Part shown: positions 19,862-30,066 of the stretch, one piece after another
How positions within the stretch are numbered: position 1 is the first letter of the stretch
Layout: the number at the start of each line of letters is the position of its first letter
Source: an uncultured Candidatus Rokubacteria bacterium
GTDB taxonomy: Bacteria; Methylomirabilota; Methylomirabilia; Rokubacteriales; CSP1-6
Reading direction: 5' to 3'
Length of the DNA: 64,000 nt
NCBI GenBank assembly: GCA_963758635.1
Contig: CAVWWD010000008.1
Location: forward strand, 416,001 to 480,000
Position numbers and translations under genes: made by a program
The notes under the pieces: generated by a model
Told to the model about the DNA's origin: nothing
Database searches by the model: none
The model's input: only the letters and a program-made list of their open reading frames with translations

Positions 19862-21097
19862 GTGAGCTTCGTCAGCCACGTCGAGTGCACGGTCTGCGGG
19901 GAGCGGCACGAGGCGGGGCAGCTCCTCACCGTGTGTCGGGCGTGCGGTCAGATGCTGGCCGTGCGGTACGACCTGGCGCGCGTGGCCGCTGCCGTCACCA
20001 AGCCGGATCTTCGCGAGCGCCCGCCGGGGATGTACCGGTTCCGTGAGCTGACGCCGCTCGCGGCCGCCGAGGAGCCGGTCACGCTCGGCGAGGGCGGGAC
20101 GCCGCTCCTCGCGCTGCCCCGCCTGGCCGCGCACCTGGGCCTCCGCGACGTGTGGGCGAAGGACGAGGGGCAGAATCCCACCGGCTCGTTCAAGGCGCGC
20201 GGTCTCGGGATGGCCATCACCAAGGCGCGCGGCCTCGGCGTGAAGGGCCTCATGATCCCGTCCGCGGGCAACGCGGGCGGCGCCGCCGCGGTGTACGGCG
20301 CGCGCGCCGGCGTCCCGGTGGCGGTGGTGGTGCCGAGGAAGACGCCGGCGGCGGCCATCGCCGAGGCGCAGCTCGCCGGCGCCCACGTCTTCACCATCGA
20401 CGGGTCCATCGGCACCGCGGGCCGCGCGGTGGCCCAGGTGGCCCCCCGCCTCGGCTGGTTCGACCTCGCGACGCTCAAGGAGCCCTACCGCCTCGAGGGC
20501 AAGAAGACCATGGGGCTCGAGCTGGCCGAGCAGCTCGGCTGGGACACGCCCGACCTGCTCCTCTATCCCACCGGCGGCGGCACCGGGCTCGTCGGGATCT
20601 GGAAGGCGTACGAGGAGCTGGCCGCCATGGGCTGGATCAAGGCCCGCCAGCCGCGCTTCGTGGCCGTGCAGGCCGAGGGCTGCGCGCCCGTCGTCCGCGC
20701 CTTCCGCGACAACGCCGAGACCACGACGGTGTGGGACGACCCCGTGACCGATGCGCCGGGCCTCCTCGTGCCGGGCCCGTTCGCGGGACGCCAGATGCTG
20801 CGGATCCTGCGCGAGACGGGCGGCCACGGCCGGGCGGTGAGCGAGCAGGAGATCGCCGACGCGCAGCGGCTGCTCGCGCGCCTGGAAGGCATCTGGACGT
20901 GCCCCGAAGCGGCGGCGGCCCTCGCCGCGCTCCTCCAGCTCCGCGACGCGCACGAGGTGACGGCCGACACCCGCATCGTGATGGTGCTGACGGGCGCGGG
21001 CATCAAGTACACGCCGCCGTCCTCCGCCGCGCCCGTCCACCTGGATGGCGATGTGCTCGCGCAGGTGGAGCGAGCCATCGGCGCGCGCGACCGCTGA
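19862..21097 (+). CDS. thrC: Threonine synthase (PLP fold II)
   Basis: [26 protein letters not shown] and PTGGGTG. Confidence 0.85.
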   Translation: MSFVSHVECTVCGERHEAGQLLTVCRACGQMLAVRYDLARVAAAVTKPDLRERPPGMYRFRELTPLAAAEEPVTLGEGGTPLLALPRLAAHLGLRDVWAKDEGQNPTGSFKARGLGMAITKARGLGVKGLMIPSAGNAGGAAAVYGARAGVPVAVVVPRKTPAAAIAEAQLAGAHVFTIDGSIGTAGRAVAQVAPRLGWFDLATLKEPYRLEGKKTMGLELAEQLGWDTPDLLLYPTGGGTGLVGIWKAYEELAAMGWIKARQPRFVAVQAEGCAPVVRAFRDNAETTTVWDDPVTDAPGLLVPGPFAGRQMLRILRETGGHGRAVSEQEIADAQRLLARLEGIWTCPEAAAALAALLQLRDAHEVTADTRIVMVLTGAGIKYTPPSSAAPVHLDGDVLAQVERAIGARDR

Positions 21098-21272
21098 CCC
21101 CTCCGCGGCTCGATCGCTCGCCCCGCTCCCGTCCGGGTTTTTCGGTGTGCGACCATGCCGTCTTGCACTACCATCGGGGGCGGCGTGGGCCGGACCATCC
21201 CGCGGAGGCAGGGCCTCCTGGAGCTGTTCGCGCGGTTTGCCTGACCGCGATCATGTCGAAGGAGAACGGACG

Positions 21273-22552
21273 ATGGCGAAGCTGACCCGGAGACGGTTTC
21301 TCGGCGCCTCGGGTTCCGGTCTGGCGTGGGGACTCGCGGGGACCGCGCTGGCCGGCGGGCTGGCGGGCTGCGCCACCTCCTTCAAGGGTGACTTCGCGCC
21401 CAAGGCGGGCCGGCGCGTCGTCGTCGTCGGTGGCGGCTGGGGCGGAGCCACCGCGGCGAAGTACCTGCGCCAGGCCGATCCCGGCATCGAGGTCTATCTG
21501 CTCGAGCCGAATACCCAGTTCGTGTCGTGTCCCTTCTCAACCTCGTCCTGAGCGGCGTCCGCACCATCGAGAGCATCACGTTCGGCTACGACGGCCTGCG
21601 CCGGACCGGCGTCAAGGTGCTGCACGAGAGCGCGGCCGCCATCGAGCCCGACCGGAAGCGCGTGCGAGTCGGCGAGGGCTACCTCGAGTACGACCGCCTC
21701 ATCGTGTCGCCCGGCGTGGAGTTCCAGTGGGGAGAGGTGCAGGGGCTGGCCGAGAACCAGGACAAGGTGCTCCACGCCTGGAAGGCCGGGCCGCAGACGG
21801 TACAGCTCGCGGCCCAGCTCGCCGCCATCCCCGACGGCGGCGTGTTCGTGCTCACGATCCCGCCCGTGGCCTACCGCTGCCCGCCCGGCCCGTACGAGCG
21901 CGCGAGCCAGGTCGCGTGGTACCTGAAGACGAAGAAGCCCCGCGCGAAGCTCATCGTGCTGGACGCCAACCAGAACATCGTGTCGAAGGCCGGCCTCTTC
22001 CGCGAGGCCTGGAAGGCGTATCCGAACCTCGACTACCGCGCGTCGTCGCGCGTGGTCGCGGTGGATCCCGGCGCGCGCGAGGTGCGGACGGAGTTCGACC
22101 GCGTGAAGTACGACGTGCTCAACCTGATCCCGCCCCAGCGCGCCGGCGCCATCGCCGTGCAGGCGGACCTGGTCGGCGCCGACAAGCGCTGGTGCGAGGT
22201 CGACCACGTCACCTATGAGTCGGTGAAGCACACGGGCGTCCACGTCATCGGCGACGCGACGACGGGGCTCCCCGTCCCGAAGTCCGGCAACGTCGCCAAT
22301 GCCATGGGGAAGATCTGCGCGGTGGCGGTGGCGAGCCTGCTCGTGGGCAAGCCGGCGCCGGCCATCCCGCCCGGCAACACCTGCTACAGCTGGGTGAGCG
22401 ACACCGAGGCCATCGCGGTCGTGAACGCCTACAAGATCGAGGGTGGCAAGGTCGTCCAGATCGAGCAGAAGCTCACGCCGGCGCAGAGCGCGGCGGTCGG
22501 CGAGCGGGCCAAGGGCTGGGCCCAGAGCATCTGGGCCGACATGCTGGCCTGA
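21273..22552 (+). CDS. fccB: Flavocytochrome c sulfide dehydrogenase flavoprotein (FccB/SoxF); apparent frameshift near 21538
   Basis: Tat signal [40 protein letters not shown] and NTCYS. Confidence 0.9.
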
Positions 22553-22565
22553 GATAGGAACGCAG

Positions 22566-22625
22566 ACGGCTGACTTCCCCGAACGTCGGGCCCCGGAGGC
22601 CCTGCGCAGGGGCCCCGACGGCAAA
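22566..22625. repeat. About 60-bp hairpin repeat, copy A
   Basis: Matches 63309-63369; stem cgtcgggcccc...ggggccccgacg. Confidence 0.75.
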
Positions 22626-22643
22626 TACGGAGGAGCCCAAGAC

Positions 22644-23252
22644 ATGCGGACGATGACACGCCGGCTGGCCCTTGCGTACGGTCTCGCCGCCGCCGTCCTG
22701 GCGTTGCCCGCCGCGGCGGGCGCGGGGCCGCTCGATCATCCGGGCGCGACGAAGGCGGTCGTCTGCGCGGCCTGCCACGGGCAGGGCGGCAACAGCCAGT
22801 CCAGCGCGATGCCGATCATCGCGGGGATGGACGCGGGCTACTTCAAGAAGCAGATCGAGAGCTATGTGACGGGCAAGCGGGTGTCGGCGGAGATGGAGCC
22901 CTACGCCAAGCAGGTGCGCGAGCTCGGCGTGGACGACATCGCCGCCTACTTCGCCGCCCAGAAGAGAGAGCCCACGCCGGTCAAGGGCGACCCGGCGGCC
23001 GTGACGCGCGGGCGGACGGCGGCGGCGCCGTGCGTGGTCTGCCACGGAGACAACGGGCGTGGGGACCTCGCCAAGGGCATCCCGAGCATCGCCGGCCAGG
23101 CGCCGGGGTTCCTCGCCGAGCAGATGGCGCTGTTCAAGCAGGACCGGCGCAACCCCGGGGACCCGACGCTCGCCGCCGTCAAGGCGTTGATGAAGACCAT
23201 CCCTGACGCCACGTTCGCCGATCTCGCCGCCTACTACTCGAGCCTCCGGTAG
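22644..23252 (+). CDS. Diheme cytochrome c4-type subunit (FccA/SoxE-like)
   Basis: Signal peptide, CAACH and CVVCH heme motifs; follows fccB. Confidence 0.88.
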   Translation: MRTMTRRLALAYGLAAAVLALPAAAGAGPLDHPGATKAVVCAACHGQGGNSQSSAMPIIAGMDAGYFKKQIESYVTGKRVSAEMEPYAKQVRELGVDDIAAYFAAQKREPTPVKGDPAAVTRGRTAAAPCVVCHGDNGRGDLAKGIPSIAGQAPGFLAEQMALFKQDRRNPGDPTLAAVKALMKTIPDATFADLAAYYSSLR

Positions 23253-23270
23253 CGTGCACATCGGATGGGC

Positions 23271-23528
23271 CGCCGGGTGCGGGCGGGCGCAGCCCGGGTG
23301 CCCGCACGGCGCGCGAGCATTTGGCGCCGGGTGCGGGCGGGCGCAGCCCGGGTGCCCGCACGGCGCGCGAGCATTTGGGCCGCGCGGGTGCGGGCGGGCG
23401 CAGCCCGGGTGCCCGCACGAGCGCGCGCAGCATTTGGCGCCGGGTGCGGGCGGGCGCAGCCCGGGTGCCCGCACGGCGCGCGAGCATTTGGCGCCGGGTG
23501 CGGGCGGGCGCAGCCCGGGTGCCCGCAC
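23271..23528. repeat. REP/BIME-like tandem array, 5 palindromic cores at about 54-bp period
   Basis: gtgcgggcgggcgcagcccgggtgcccgcac repeated with a nearly constant linker ggcgcgcgagcatttggc. Confidence 0.92.
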
Positions 23529-23529
23529 C

Positions 23530-24321
23530 ATGGTGACAGACGCGCTGATCGTCGTTCCCCTGGGCTTCGTCCTCGGCTTCCTCATCGGCCTGACCGGCGT
23601 CGGTGGCGGGGTGCTGGTCGCGCCCGCCTTCTACGTGATCCTCGGCCTCGGCTACGGCGAGGCGGTGGCGCTGTCGCTGATCTATTCGCTGTTCACCAAG
23701 ATCGCCAGCGCGGTCCAGCACGTTCGCCAGGGCACCGTCCTCTGGAGGATCACCCTCGCCTACGGCCTCACGGGGATCCCCGGCGCCGTCGTCGGCTCGC
23801 GCCTCGTGTACCGCGCCGACGCCGACCTGCAGCGCCTGCTTCCGCTCATGATGGCGGCGGTGATGCTCGCCGTGGCCGGCATGCTCCTCGCCGAGGCCAC
23901 GGTACGCGGCCTCGCCGAGCGACCGAAGCCGTTCTCCCCGCACCGCCTCGGCGTTGCGGCGCTCCTGGCCGTGAGCGGCTTCCAGCTCTTCGTGGGGGCG
24001 CTGCTCGGCGTGACGTCGATCGGCAGCGGCACCCTCGTGATCCTCTCCATGGTGTTCTTCTTCCGGATGTCGGTGCGCGAGATCGTCGGCTCCAACATCG
24101 TCATCGCGCTCATCATGGTGATCCCCGCGGGCTTCACGCACTACCTGGCGGCGGGGGTGGACTGGAGGCTCCTCGCCCTCCTGCTGGTGGGATCGCTGGG
24201 CGGCGCCGTGCTGGGCTCGCGCGCGACGATGGTCCTGCCCGAGCGGCAGCTCAAGCTCGCCATCGTGGCGCTGATCGTGATCGGCGCGGTCGCCACGGTG
24301 GCCAAGGCGCGGCTGGCCTGA
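23530..24321 (+). CDS. TauE/SafE (TSUP) sulfite/sulfur-compound transporter
   Basis: GFLIGLTGVGGGVL and VGALLGVTSIGSG repeats; polytopic. Confidence 0.88.
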   Translation: MVTDALIVVPLGFVLGFLIGLTGVGGGVLVAPAFYVILGLGYGEAVALSLIYSLFTKIASAVQHVRQGTVLWRITLAYGLTGIPGAVVGSRLVYRADADLQRLLPLMMAAVMLAVAGMLLAEATVRGLAERPKPFSPHRLGVAALLAVSGFQLFVGALLGVTSIGSGTLVILSMVFFFRMSVREIVGSNIVIALIMVIPAGFTHYLAAGVDWRLLALLLVGSLGGAVLGSRATMVLPERQLKLAIVALIVIGAVATVAKARLA

Positions 24322-24354
24322 GGGCCGGGCCGGTGACGCGCTGAAGGGACGCGC

Positions 24355-25905
24355 ATGCGTTACGGGTTCGTCATCGACCAGCGGCGCTGCATCGGATGTC
24401 ACGCCTGCACGGTGGCGTGCAAGGAGGAGAACCAGGTCCCGCTGGGCGTCAACCGCACGTGGGTCAAGTACATCGAGAGGGGGACGTTCCCCGACACCCG
24501 GCGCTACTTCTCGGTGCTGCGCTGCAACCACTGCGACAACGCGCCATGCGTGACGATCTGCCCCACCGTGGCGCTCTACCGTCGCGCCGACGGGATCGTG
24601 GATTTCGACGGCGAGCGCTGCATCGGCTGCAAGTCGTGCATGCAGGCCTGCCCCTACGACGCGCTCTACATCGACCCCGCCACGCAGACGGCGGCGAAGT
24701 GCCACTACTGCGCGCATCGCGTGGAGGTGGGGCTCGAGCCCGCGTGCGTGATCGTCTGCCCCGTGCAGGCCATCGTGTCCGGCGACCTCGACGATCCCGG
24801 CTCGCCGATCGCGCGGCTGGTCGCCGGCCAGCAGGTGCAGGTGCGCAAGCCGGAGCAGGGCACCCAGCCGAAGCTCTTCTACCTGGGCGCCGACGAGGCC
24901 GCGCTCACCCCGGCGATGCAGGTGCAGGGGGACGGCTACATGTTCGCTCAGCGGGGCGACATCCCGGTGCCCGGCGCCCCCGGCCGGCCAATGCCCGCGC
25001 CCGGGCCCGATCCGGCGGGCGGCGGCGTGGATCTCCTGCGCATGGCCCGGACCGCGTACGACGTGGCGCACGCCGCGCGTCCGTGGGGCGGGAAGGTGTC
25101 CGCGTACCTCTGGACCAAGTCGATCGCCGCGGGCGTGCTCCTGGTCGCCGCGCTCGGGGTGGTGTCGGGGCGGGCCGCGGGCAACGCGCTCGCCGGCGTC
25201 GTCGCGCCCGTGATTGCGCTGGTATTCCTGGCTCTTACATCAGGCCTTCTCGTGGCTGACTTGAAGCGGCCCGAGCGGTTCCTCTACCTGCTCACGATGC
25301 CGAACCCGCGGTCGTGGCTGGTGCGGGGGGCCTGGATCCTGATGGCCTTCGGCGCGGCCGCGGGCGCGTGGCTCCTCGCCGCGTGGACCGGGCACGCCGG
25401 GGCGCTCCAGTGGCTGGCCGTGCCCGTGATCGTCCTGGCTGTGGCCGCGGCGGGCTACAGCGCGTTTCTCTTCGGGCAGGCCGAGGGCCGCGACTTCTGG
25501 CAGAGCCCGGTAACGCTCCCTCATCTCATCGTGGCCGCGGTGGCGGCGGGCAGCGCCGTCCTGCTCCTCGCCGCGGGCCCGCTCGGCGGCGGGCTCGGCG
25601 CCCCGCGTGGGCTGCGTGTGGTGCTCTTCGCCGCGCTGGGCGTGAGCCTTGTCCTGATGGCCGCCGACCTCCTGGGCTTCCACGCGAGCCAGGACGCCGC
25701 GCGCGCCGCGCGGACGTTGACGCGGGGGGCGCTCGCTGGCTGGCTCTGGAGTGGCGTGGTGGTGGCGGGCACCGTGCTCCCGATGCTGCTCCTCGCCACG
25801 CCGTGGCCGCCGGGATGGGCGCTGGCCGCGCTGCTCGTGCTGGGCGGCCTCTGGCTGTGGGAGGATCTCTGGGTGCGGGCGGGCCAGTCCGTGCCCCTGA
25901 GCTGA
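24355..25905 (+). CDS. 4x[4Fe-4S] electron-transfer subunit fused to an NrfD/PsrC-type membrane anchor
   Basis: CIGCHACTVAC, CNHCDNAPCVTICP, CIGCKSCMQACP and KCHYC..PACVIVCP; then WGGKVSAYLW, DLKRPERF, SWLVRG with about 8 TMs. Confidence 0.9.
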   Translation: MRYGFVIDQRRCIGCHACTVACKEENQVPLGVNRTWVKYIERGTFPDTRRYFSVLRCNHCDNAPCVTICPTVALYRRADGIVDFDGERCIGCKSCMQACPYDALYIDPATQTAAKCHYCAHRVEVGLEPACVIVCPVQAIVSGDLDDPGSPIARLVAGQQVQVRKPEQGTQPKLFYLGADEAALTPAMQVQGDGYMFAQRGDIPVPGAPGRPMPAPGPDPAGGGVDLLRMARTAYDVAHAARPWGGKVSAYLWTKSIAAGVLLVAALGVVSGRAAGNALAGVVAPVIALVFLALTSGLLVADLKRPERFLYLLTMPNPRSWLVRGAWILMAFGAAAGAWLLAAWTGHAGALQWLAVPVIVLAVAAAGYSAFLFGQAEGRDFWQSPVTLPHLIVAAVAAGSAVLLLAAGPLGGGLGAPRGLRVVLFAALGVSLVLMAADLLGFHASQDAARAARTLTRGALAGWLWSGVVVAGTVLPMLLLATPWPPGWALAALLVLGGLWLWEDLWVRAGQSVPLS

Positions 25906-25907
25906 CG

Positions 25908-26068
25908 GGATGGGCCGACGGGGACAGGGGCGGGCGAAGCCCGGGTGCCCGCCCCATGGCGACAGGGGCGGGCGTGGCGAAAGCCCGGGCGTGGCGAAAG
26001 CCGGGGTGCCCGCCCCATGGTGACAGGGGCGGGCGTGGCGAAAGCCCGGGTGCCCGCCCCATGGTGAC
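25908..26068. repeat. Degenerate REP-like array (3 cores) related to 23271-23528
   Basis: ggggcgggc...aagcccgggtgcccgcccc-atggYgac three times. Confidence 0.8.
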
Positions 26069-26086
26069 GAGACCAGCGGAGGCCCG

Positions 26087-28915
26087 ATGAGCGACCAGAC
26101 GCGTACGCCGCTTCACCCCGTGGCCCGTGACCTCGACCCGCCGCGCGGCGGCCTCAAGAGCTACCCGCCGGTGGCCCGGTGGGACGACTGGGAGGAGTAC
26201 GACTCCCGCGCGTGGCCGCGCAAGGTCAAGCGGAGGTACTCGCTCATCCCCACCATCTGCTTCAACTGCGAGGCGGCGTGCGGCCTCCTCGCCTATGTCG
26301 ACACGCAGACGCTCCGCATCCAGAAGTTCGAGGGGAATCCCGAGCACCCGGGCAGCCGCGGCCGCAACTGCGCCAAGGGTCCGGCCACGCTGAACCAGAT
26401 CACCGATCCCGAGCGCATCCTGTACCCGATGCGCCGCGCGGGCGCGCGCGGAGCCGGCCAGTGGGAGCGCGTCACGTGGGACGAGGCGCTCGACGACATC
26501 GCCGGGCGCATCCGGAAGGCGCTGGTGGAGGGCCGGCCCACCGAGGTCATGTACCACCTGGGACGGCCCGGCCACGAGCTGGTGTACCTCCAGCGCGTGT
26601 TCCACGCCTGGGGCATCGACGGGCACAACAGCCACACCAACGTGTGCTCGGCCTCCGCGCGCGCCGGCTACGCGTTCTGGCACGGGGCGGACCGGCCGTC
26701 GCCGGACCACGCGAAGGCCCGCTTCATGCTGCTCCTGTCCTCCCACCTCGAGGCCGGCCACTACTTCAACCCCCACGCCCAGCGGATCGTGGAAGGGAAG
26801 ATGGCCGGGGCCAAGGTCTGCGTGGTCGACACGCGGCTCAGCAACACCGCGTCGATGGCCGACTACTGGCTGTCGCCGTGGCCGGGCACGGAGGCGGCGA
26901 TGCTGCTCGCCATGGCCCACGTGCTGCTGCGCGACGGCACGTGGGACCGCGAGTTCGTCCGGCGGTGGGTGAACTGGGAGGAGTTCCTGCGCGCGGAGCG
27001 TCCGGATGGGCCGGTCACGTTCGACGCGTTCGAGCGCGCGCTGATCGAGATCTACGCCTCGTTCACGCCGGAGTTCGCCGAGCGGGAGAGCGGGGTGCCG
27101 GCCGCTCGCATCGAGGCGGTGGCCCGGGAGATCGCGCGCGCGGGCTCGGCGTTCTCCACCCACGTGTGGCGCAACGCCGCCGCCGGCAACCTCTTCGGCT
27201 GGGAGGTGGCGCGCGCGCTCGAGCTGCTCGTGGTGATGGCCGGGGCGGTGGCCACGCCCGGCGGCACCGCGCCGAACGCCTGGAACAAGGCGGTGCCGGC
27301 GCCCCCCATGATGCCGCCCCCGGGCAAGGTGTGGAGCGAGCTCCTGATGCCGCGCGAGTATCCGCTCGCGTTCTTCGAGATGAGCTTCCTCCTCCCGCAC
27401 TTCCTCCGCGAGGGGCGCGGAAAGCTCGCCATGTACTTCACGCGGGTCTACAACCCGGTGTGGACGAACCCGGACGGCATGTCCTGGATCGAGATGCTCA
27501 CCGACGAGGCGAAGGTGGAGCGCCACGCGTGCCTCACGCCCACGTGGAGCGAGACCGCGTGGTTCGCCGACTACGTGCTGCCGATGGGCCACGCCTCCGA
27601 GCGCCACGACCTGATGAGCCAGGAGACGCACGCCGCCCGCTGGATCGGCTTCCGGCAGCCCGTCCTCCGCGTGGCGCTCGAGCGGCAGGGCAAGCGCTTC
27701 GACTGGACGTGGCAGGCGCACGAGGCGGCCGGGCTCGGCCAGGTGTGGGAGGAGGACGAGCTCTGGATCGAGCTGTCGTGGCGCATCGACCCCGACGGCG
27801 CGCTCGGCATCCGCAAGTACTTCGAGTCGCCGTACCGGCCGGGCGAGAAGCTCCGGGTCGACGAGTTCTACCGCTGGATCTTCGAGAACAGCGTGCCCGG
27901 CCTGCCCGCCGCGGCGGCCCGCGAGGGCCTCGCGCCGCTCGAGTACATGCGCAAGTACGGCGCGTTCCTGGTCCAGGACGAGGTGTACCGGACCCACGAG
28001 GCGGAGATCTCCGCGGCCGAGCGGGAGGGCTCGACGGTGGACCCGGCGACCGGGCTCGTGGCCAAGGGGGGCGCCGTCGTCGGCGTGGAGGTGGACGGCC
28101 GCCCGCGCGCCGGCTTCCCGACGCCGTCCCGCAAGCTCGAGTTCTACTCGCGGACGCTCAAGGACTGGGGCTGGCCCGAGCACGCCGTGCCGAGCTACGG
28201 GCGGAGCCACGTGCACTGGTCGGGGATCGACCGCGCCAAGGGCGAGATGCTGCTGCTCCCGACCTTCCGGCTGCCCACGCTCATCCACTCGCGCTCGGCC
28301 AACGCCAAGTGGCTCTACGAGATCTCCCACCGGAACCCGCTGTGGGTCCATCCGGAAGACGCGGCGCGCTTCGGCGTGGCCACCGGCGACCTGCTGAAGG
28401 TGCGCACGGAGATCGGCCACTTCGTGGATCGCGTCTGGGTCACGGAGGCGATCCGCCCCGGCGTCGTCGCGTGCTCGCACCACCTGGGGCGGTGGCGGCT
28501 CAAGGAGGACACGGGCGGCGCGCGCTGGGCCACCGCCCTCGTCGACCTCCAGCGCGAGCAGGGCACCCGCTGGCGCCTGCGTCACGTCCACGGCATCACG
28601 CCGTTTCCGAGCGCGGACCCCGATTCCGAGCGCGTGTGGTGGCAGGACGCGGGCGTGCACCAGAACCTCACGTTCCCCGTGCACCCCGATCCGGTGAGCG
28701 GCCAGCACTGCTGGCACCAGAAGGTGTGGGTGAGCCGGCCCGACGCCGACGACCGCTACGGCGACGTGGTGGTCGACACCGAGCGGTCGCACGAGATCTA
28801 CCGGCAATGGCTCGCCATGACGCGCCCGGCCCCGGGGCCCGGCGGGCTCCGGCGCCCGCTCTGGCTGCCGCGCGCCTTCAAGCCGGACGCCTCGGCCTAC
28901 CGTCTGGACGGTTGA
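26087..28915 (+). CDS. Mo/W-bis-PGD oxidoreductase catalytic subunit (DMSO-reductase family), no Tat signal
   Basis: TICFNCEAACG...NCAKG FeS motif, TWDEALD, HTNVCS (possible Cys ligand), WSETAWFADYVLP and GFPTPSRKLEFYS. Confidence 0.9.
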   Translation: MSDQTRTPLHPVARDLDPPRGGLKSYPPVARWDDWEEYDSRAWPRKVKRRYSLIPTICFNCEAACGLLAYVDTQTLRIQKFEGNPEHPGSRGRNCAKGPATLNQITDPERILYPMRRAGARGAGQWERVTWDEALDDIAGRIRKALVEGRPTEVMYHLGRPGHELVYLQRVFHAWGIDGHNSHTNVCSASARAGYAFWHGADRPSPDHAKARFMLLLSSHLEAGHYFNPHAQRIVEGKMAGAKVCVVDTRLSNTASMADYWLSPWPGTEAAMLLAMAHVLLRDGTWDREFVRRWVNWEEFLRAERPDGPVTFDAFERALIEIYASFTPEFAERESGVPAARIEAVAREIARAGSAFSTHVWRNAAAGNLFGWEVARALELLVVMAGAVATPGGTAPNAWNKAVPAPPMMPPPGKVWSELLMPREYPLAFFEMSFLLPHFLREGRGKLAMYFTRVYNPVWTNPDGMSWIEMLTDEAKVERHACLTPTWSETAWFADYVLPMGHASERHDLMSQETHAARWIGFRQPVLRVALERQGKRFDWTWQAHEAAGLGQVWEEDELWIELSWRIDPDGALGIRKYFESPYRPGEKLRVDEFYRWIFENSVPGLPAAAAREGLAPLEYMRKYGAFLVQDEVYRTHEAEISAAEREGSTVDPATGLVAKGGAVVGVEVDGRPRAGFPTPSRKLEFYSRTLKDWGWPEHAVPSYGRSHVHWSGIDRAKGEMLLLPTFRLPTLIHSRSANAKWLYEISHRNPLWVHPEDAARFGVATGDLLKVRTEIGHFVDRVWVTEAIRPGVVACSHHLGRWRLKEDTGGARWATALVDLQREQGTRWRLRHVHGITPFPSADPDSERVWWQDAGVHQNLTFPVHPDPVSGQHCWHQKVWVSRPDADDRYGDVVVDTERSHEIYRQWLAMTRPAPGPGGLRRPLWLPRAFKPDASAYRLDG

Positions 28916-29096
28916 GTGGGGCGGGCGTTGCGCCGCGCGGCGGTCGGCTGAGCCTGTTCGCGCTACGATGCGGGGTGTGCCCTCGGCGGCGTCGGAGGAT
29001 GCGCTCGCAGAGAGGTCGCGTGCTCGCAGGGGCGCGGTGTGGCCCGCGTGGTGGCTTCAGGATGCGTAGCGTCGAAAATGTGACAGGAGGCCTCGC

Positions 29097-29630
29097 ATGA
29101 GGAGAGGCAGGAAGACCAGGATGAGCCGGCGCGCGCTGCTGGGCGGCGCCGTGTCGGCGGGCCTCGCCGTCGCGGCGGGCCCCGTGGTCGTGCCCGGCCG
29201 CGCGCGGGCGCAAGCGCCGGCGCCCGCGCCGGGGCAGGGCACCCTCGCGCATCTCGGGCCCGAGGAGCCGGTGGACATCACGATGAAGCGGCTCTTCGGC
29301 GCGCGGGCGATCAAGCCGGCGGGCGAGGCGGTGAAGCTCGAGCTGCCGCTCATCGCCGAGAACGGCGCGGTGGTGCCGGTGGCGGTGGAGGTGACCGCGC
29401 CGATGACGCCCGCCGCCTACGTCAAGAGCGTGTACATCGTCTCCGACAAGAACCGGCGGCCCATGAACGCGAAGTTCAACCTGACGCCGGCCATGGGCCA
29501 GGCCTACGTGGCCACCAACCTCCGGCTCGGCGAGAGCACCGACGTGCGCGCCATCGCCGAACTGAGCGACGGCACGCTCCTCATGGCCCGCCGCGAGGTG
29601 AAGGTCACCGTCGGCGGGTGCGGCGGCTGA
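29097..29630 (+). CDS. soxY: Sulfur carrier SoxY
   Basis: Tat RRALL, IAENGAVVPV, C-terminal VTVGGCGG. Confidence 0.96.
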   Translation: MRRGRKTRMSRRALLGGAVSAGLAVAAGPVVVPGRARAQAPAPAPGQGTLAHLGPEEPVDITMKRLFGARAIKPAGEAVKLELPLIAENGAVVPVAVEVTAPMTPAAYVKSVYIVSDKNRRPMNAKFNLTPAMGQAYVATNLRLGESTDVRAIAELSDGTLLMARREVKVTVGGCGG

Positions 29631-29713
29631 TGACCCTCGCAGGGTACGGTAACCGCCACGGGCCTCTACAGTCCCCACCGCCCGGCATCAGTCTGATGCG
29701 CGCGGCTCACTAG
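29627..29713. repeat. 86-bp MITE-like dispersed repeat, copy 3
   Basis: Between soxY and soxZ; overlaps the soxY TGA. Confidence 0.85.
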
Positions 29714-29720
29714 GCGGAGG

Positions 29721-30056
29721 GTGCACGTGACGGACATCGGGCGCGTCCGCATCCGCATCCCGAGCAGCGTCAAGGCCGGCGAGATCGTGAAGGCCCGCGT
29801 GCTCGTCCTCCATCCGATGGAGATCGTGCAGCGGAAGGACGGCAAGGTCGTCGACAAGAACTACCACTTCATCAACCGCGTGATCGTGACCTACCTCGGC
29901 CGGCCTCTCGCCGAGTTCGAGACCACGCAGTCGATCAGCGAGAATCCGTTCTTCGCGTTCGCCTTCCGGGCGACCGATCCGGGCGTCCTGAAGGTCACCT
30001 TCCTCGACACCCACGGCGGCCGGTTCGAAGGCACGGTGGACGTCAAGCTCGCGTGA
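29721..30056 (+). CDS. soxZ: Sulfur carrier SoxZ
   Basis: HPME, HFI and ISENPFFAF; follows soxY (start may be 29727). Confidence 0.9.
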   Translation: MHVTDIGRVRIRIPSSVKAGEIVKARVLVLHPMEIVQRKDGKVVDKNYHFINRVIVTYLGRPLAEFETTQSISENPFFAFAFRATDPGVLKVTFLDTHGGRFEGTVDVKLA

Positions 30057-30066
30057 CGGCCGCGTC

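Noticed and set aside
23271..23528. Possible CRISPR array of palindromic repeats
   Set aside because: The linkers are near-identical rather than unique spacers; REP/BIME-like instead
25526..28807. Very long antisense or alternate-frame ORFs (this one and many others)
   Set aside because: Shadow ORFs expected at this GC content; Arg/Pro/Gly-rich with no motifs, and they overlap well-supported genes
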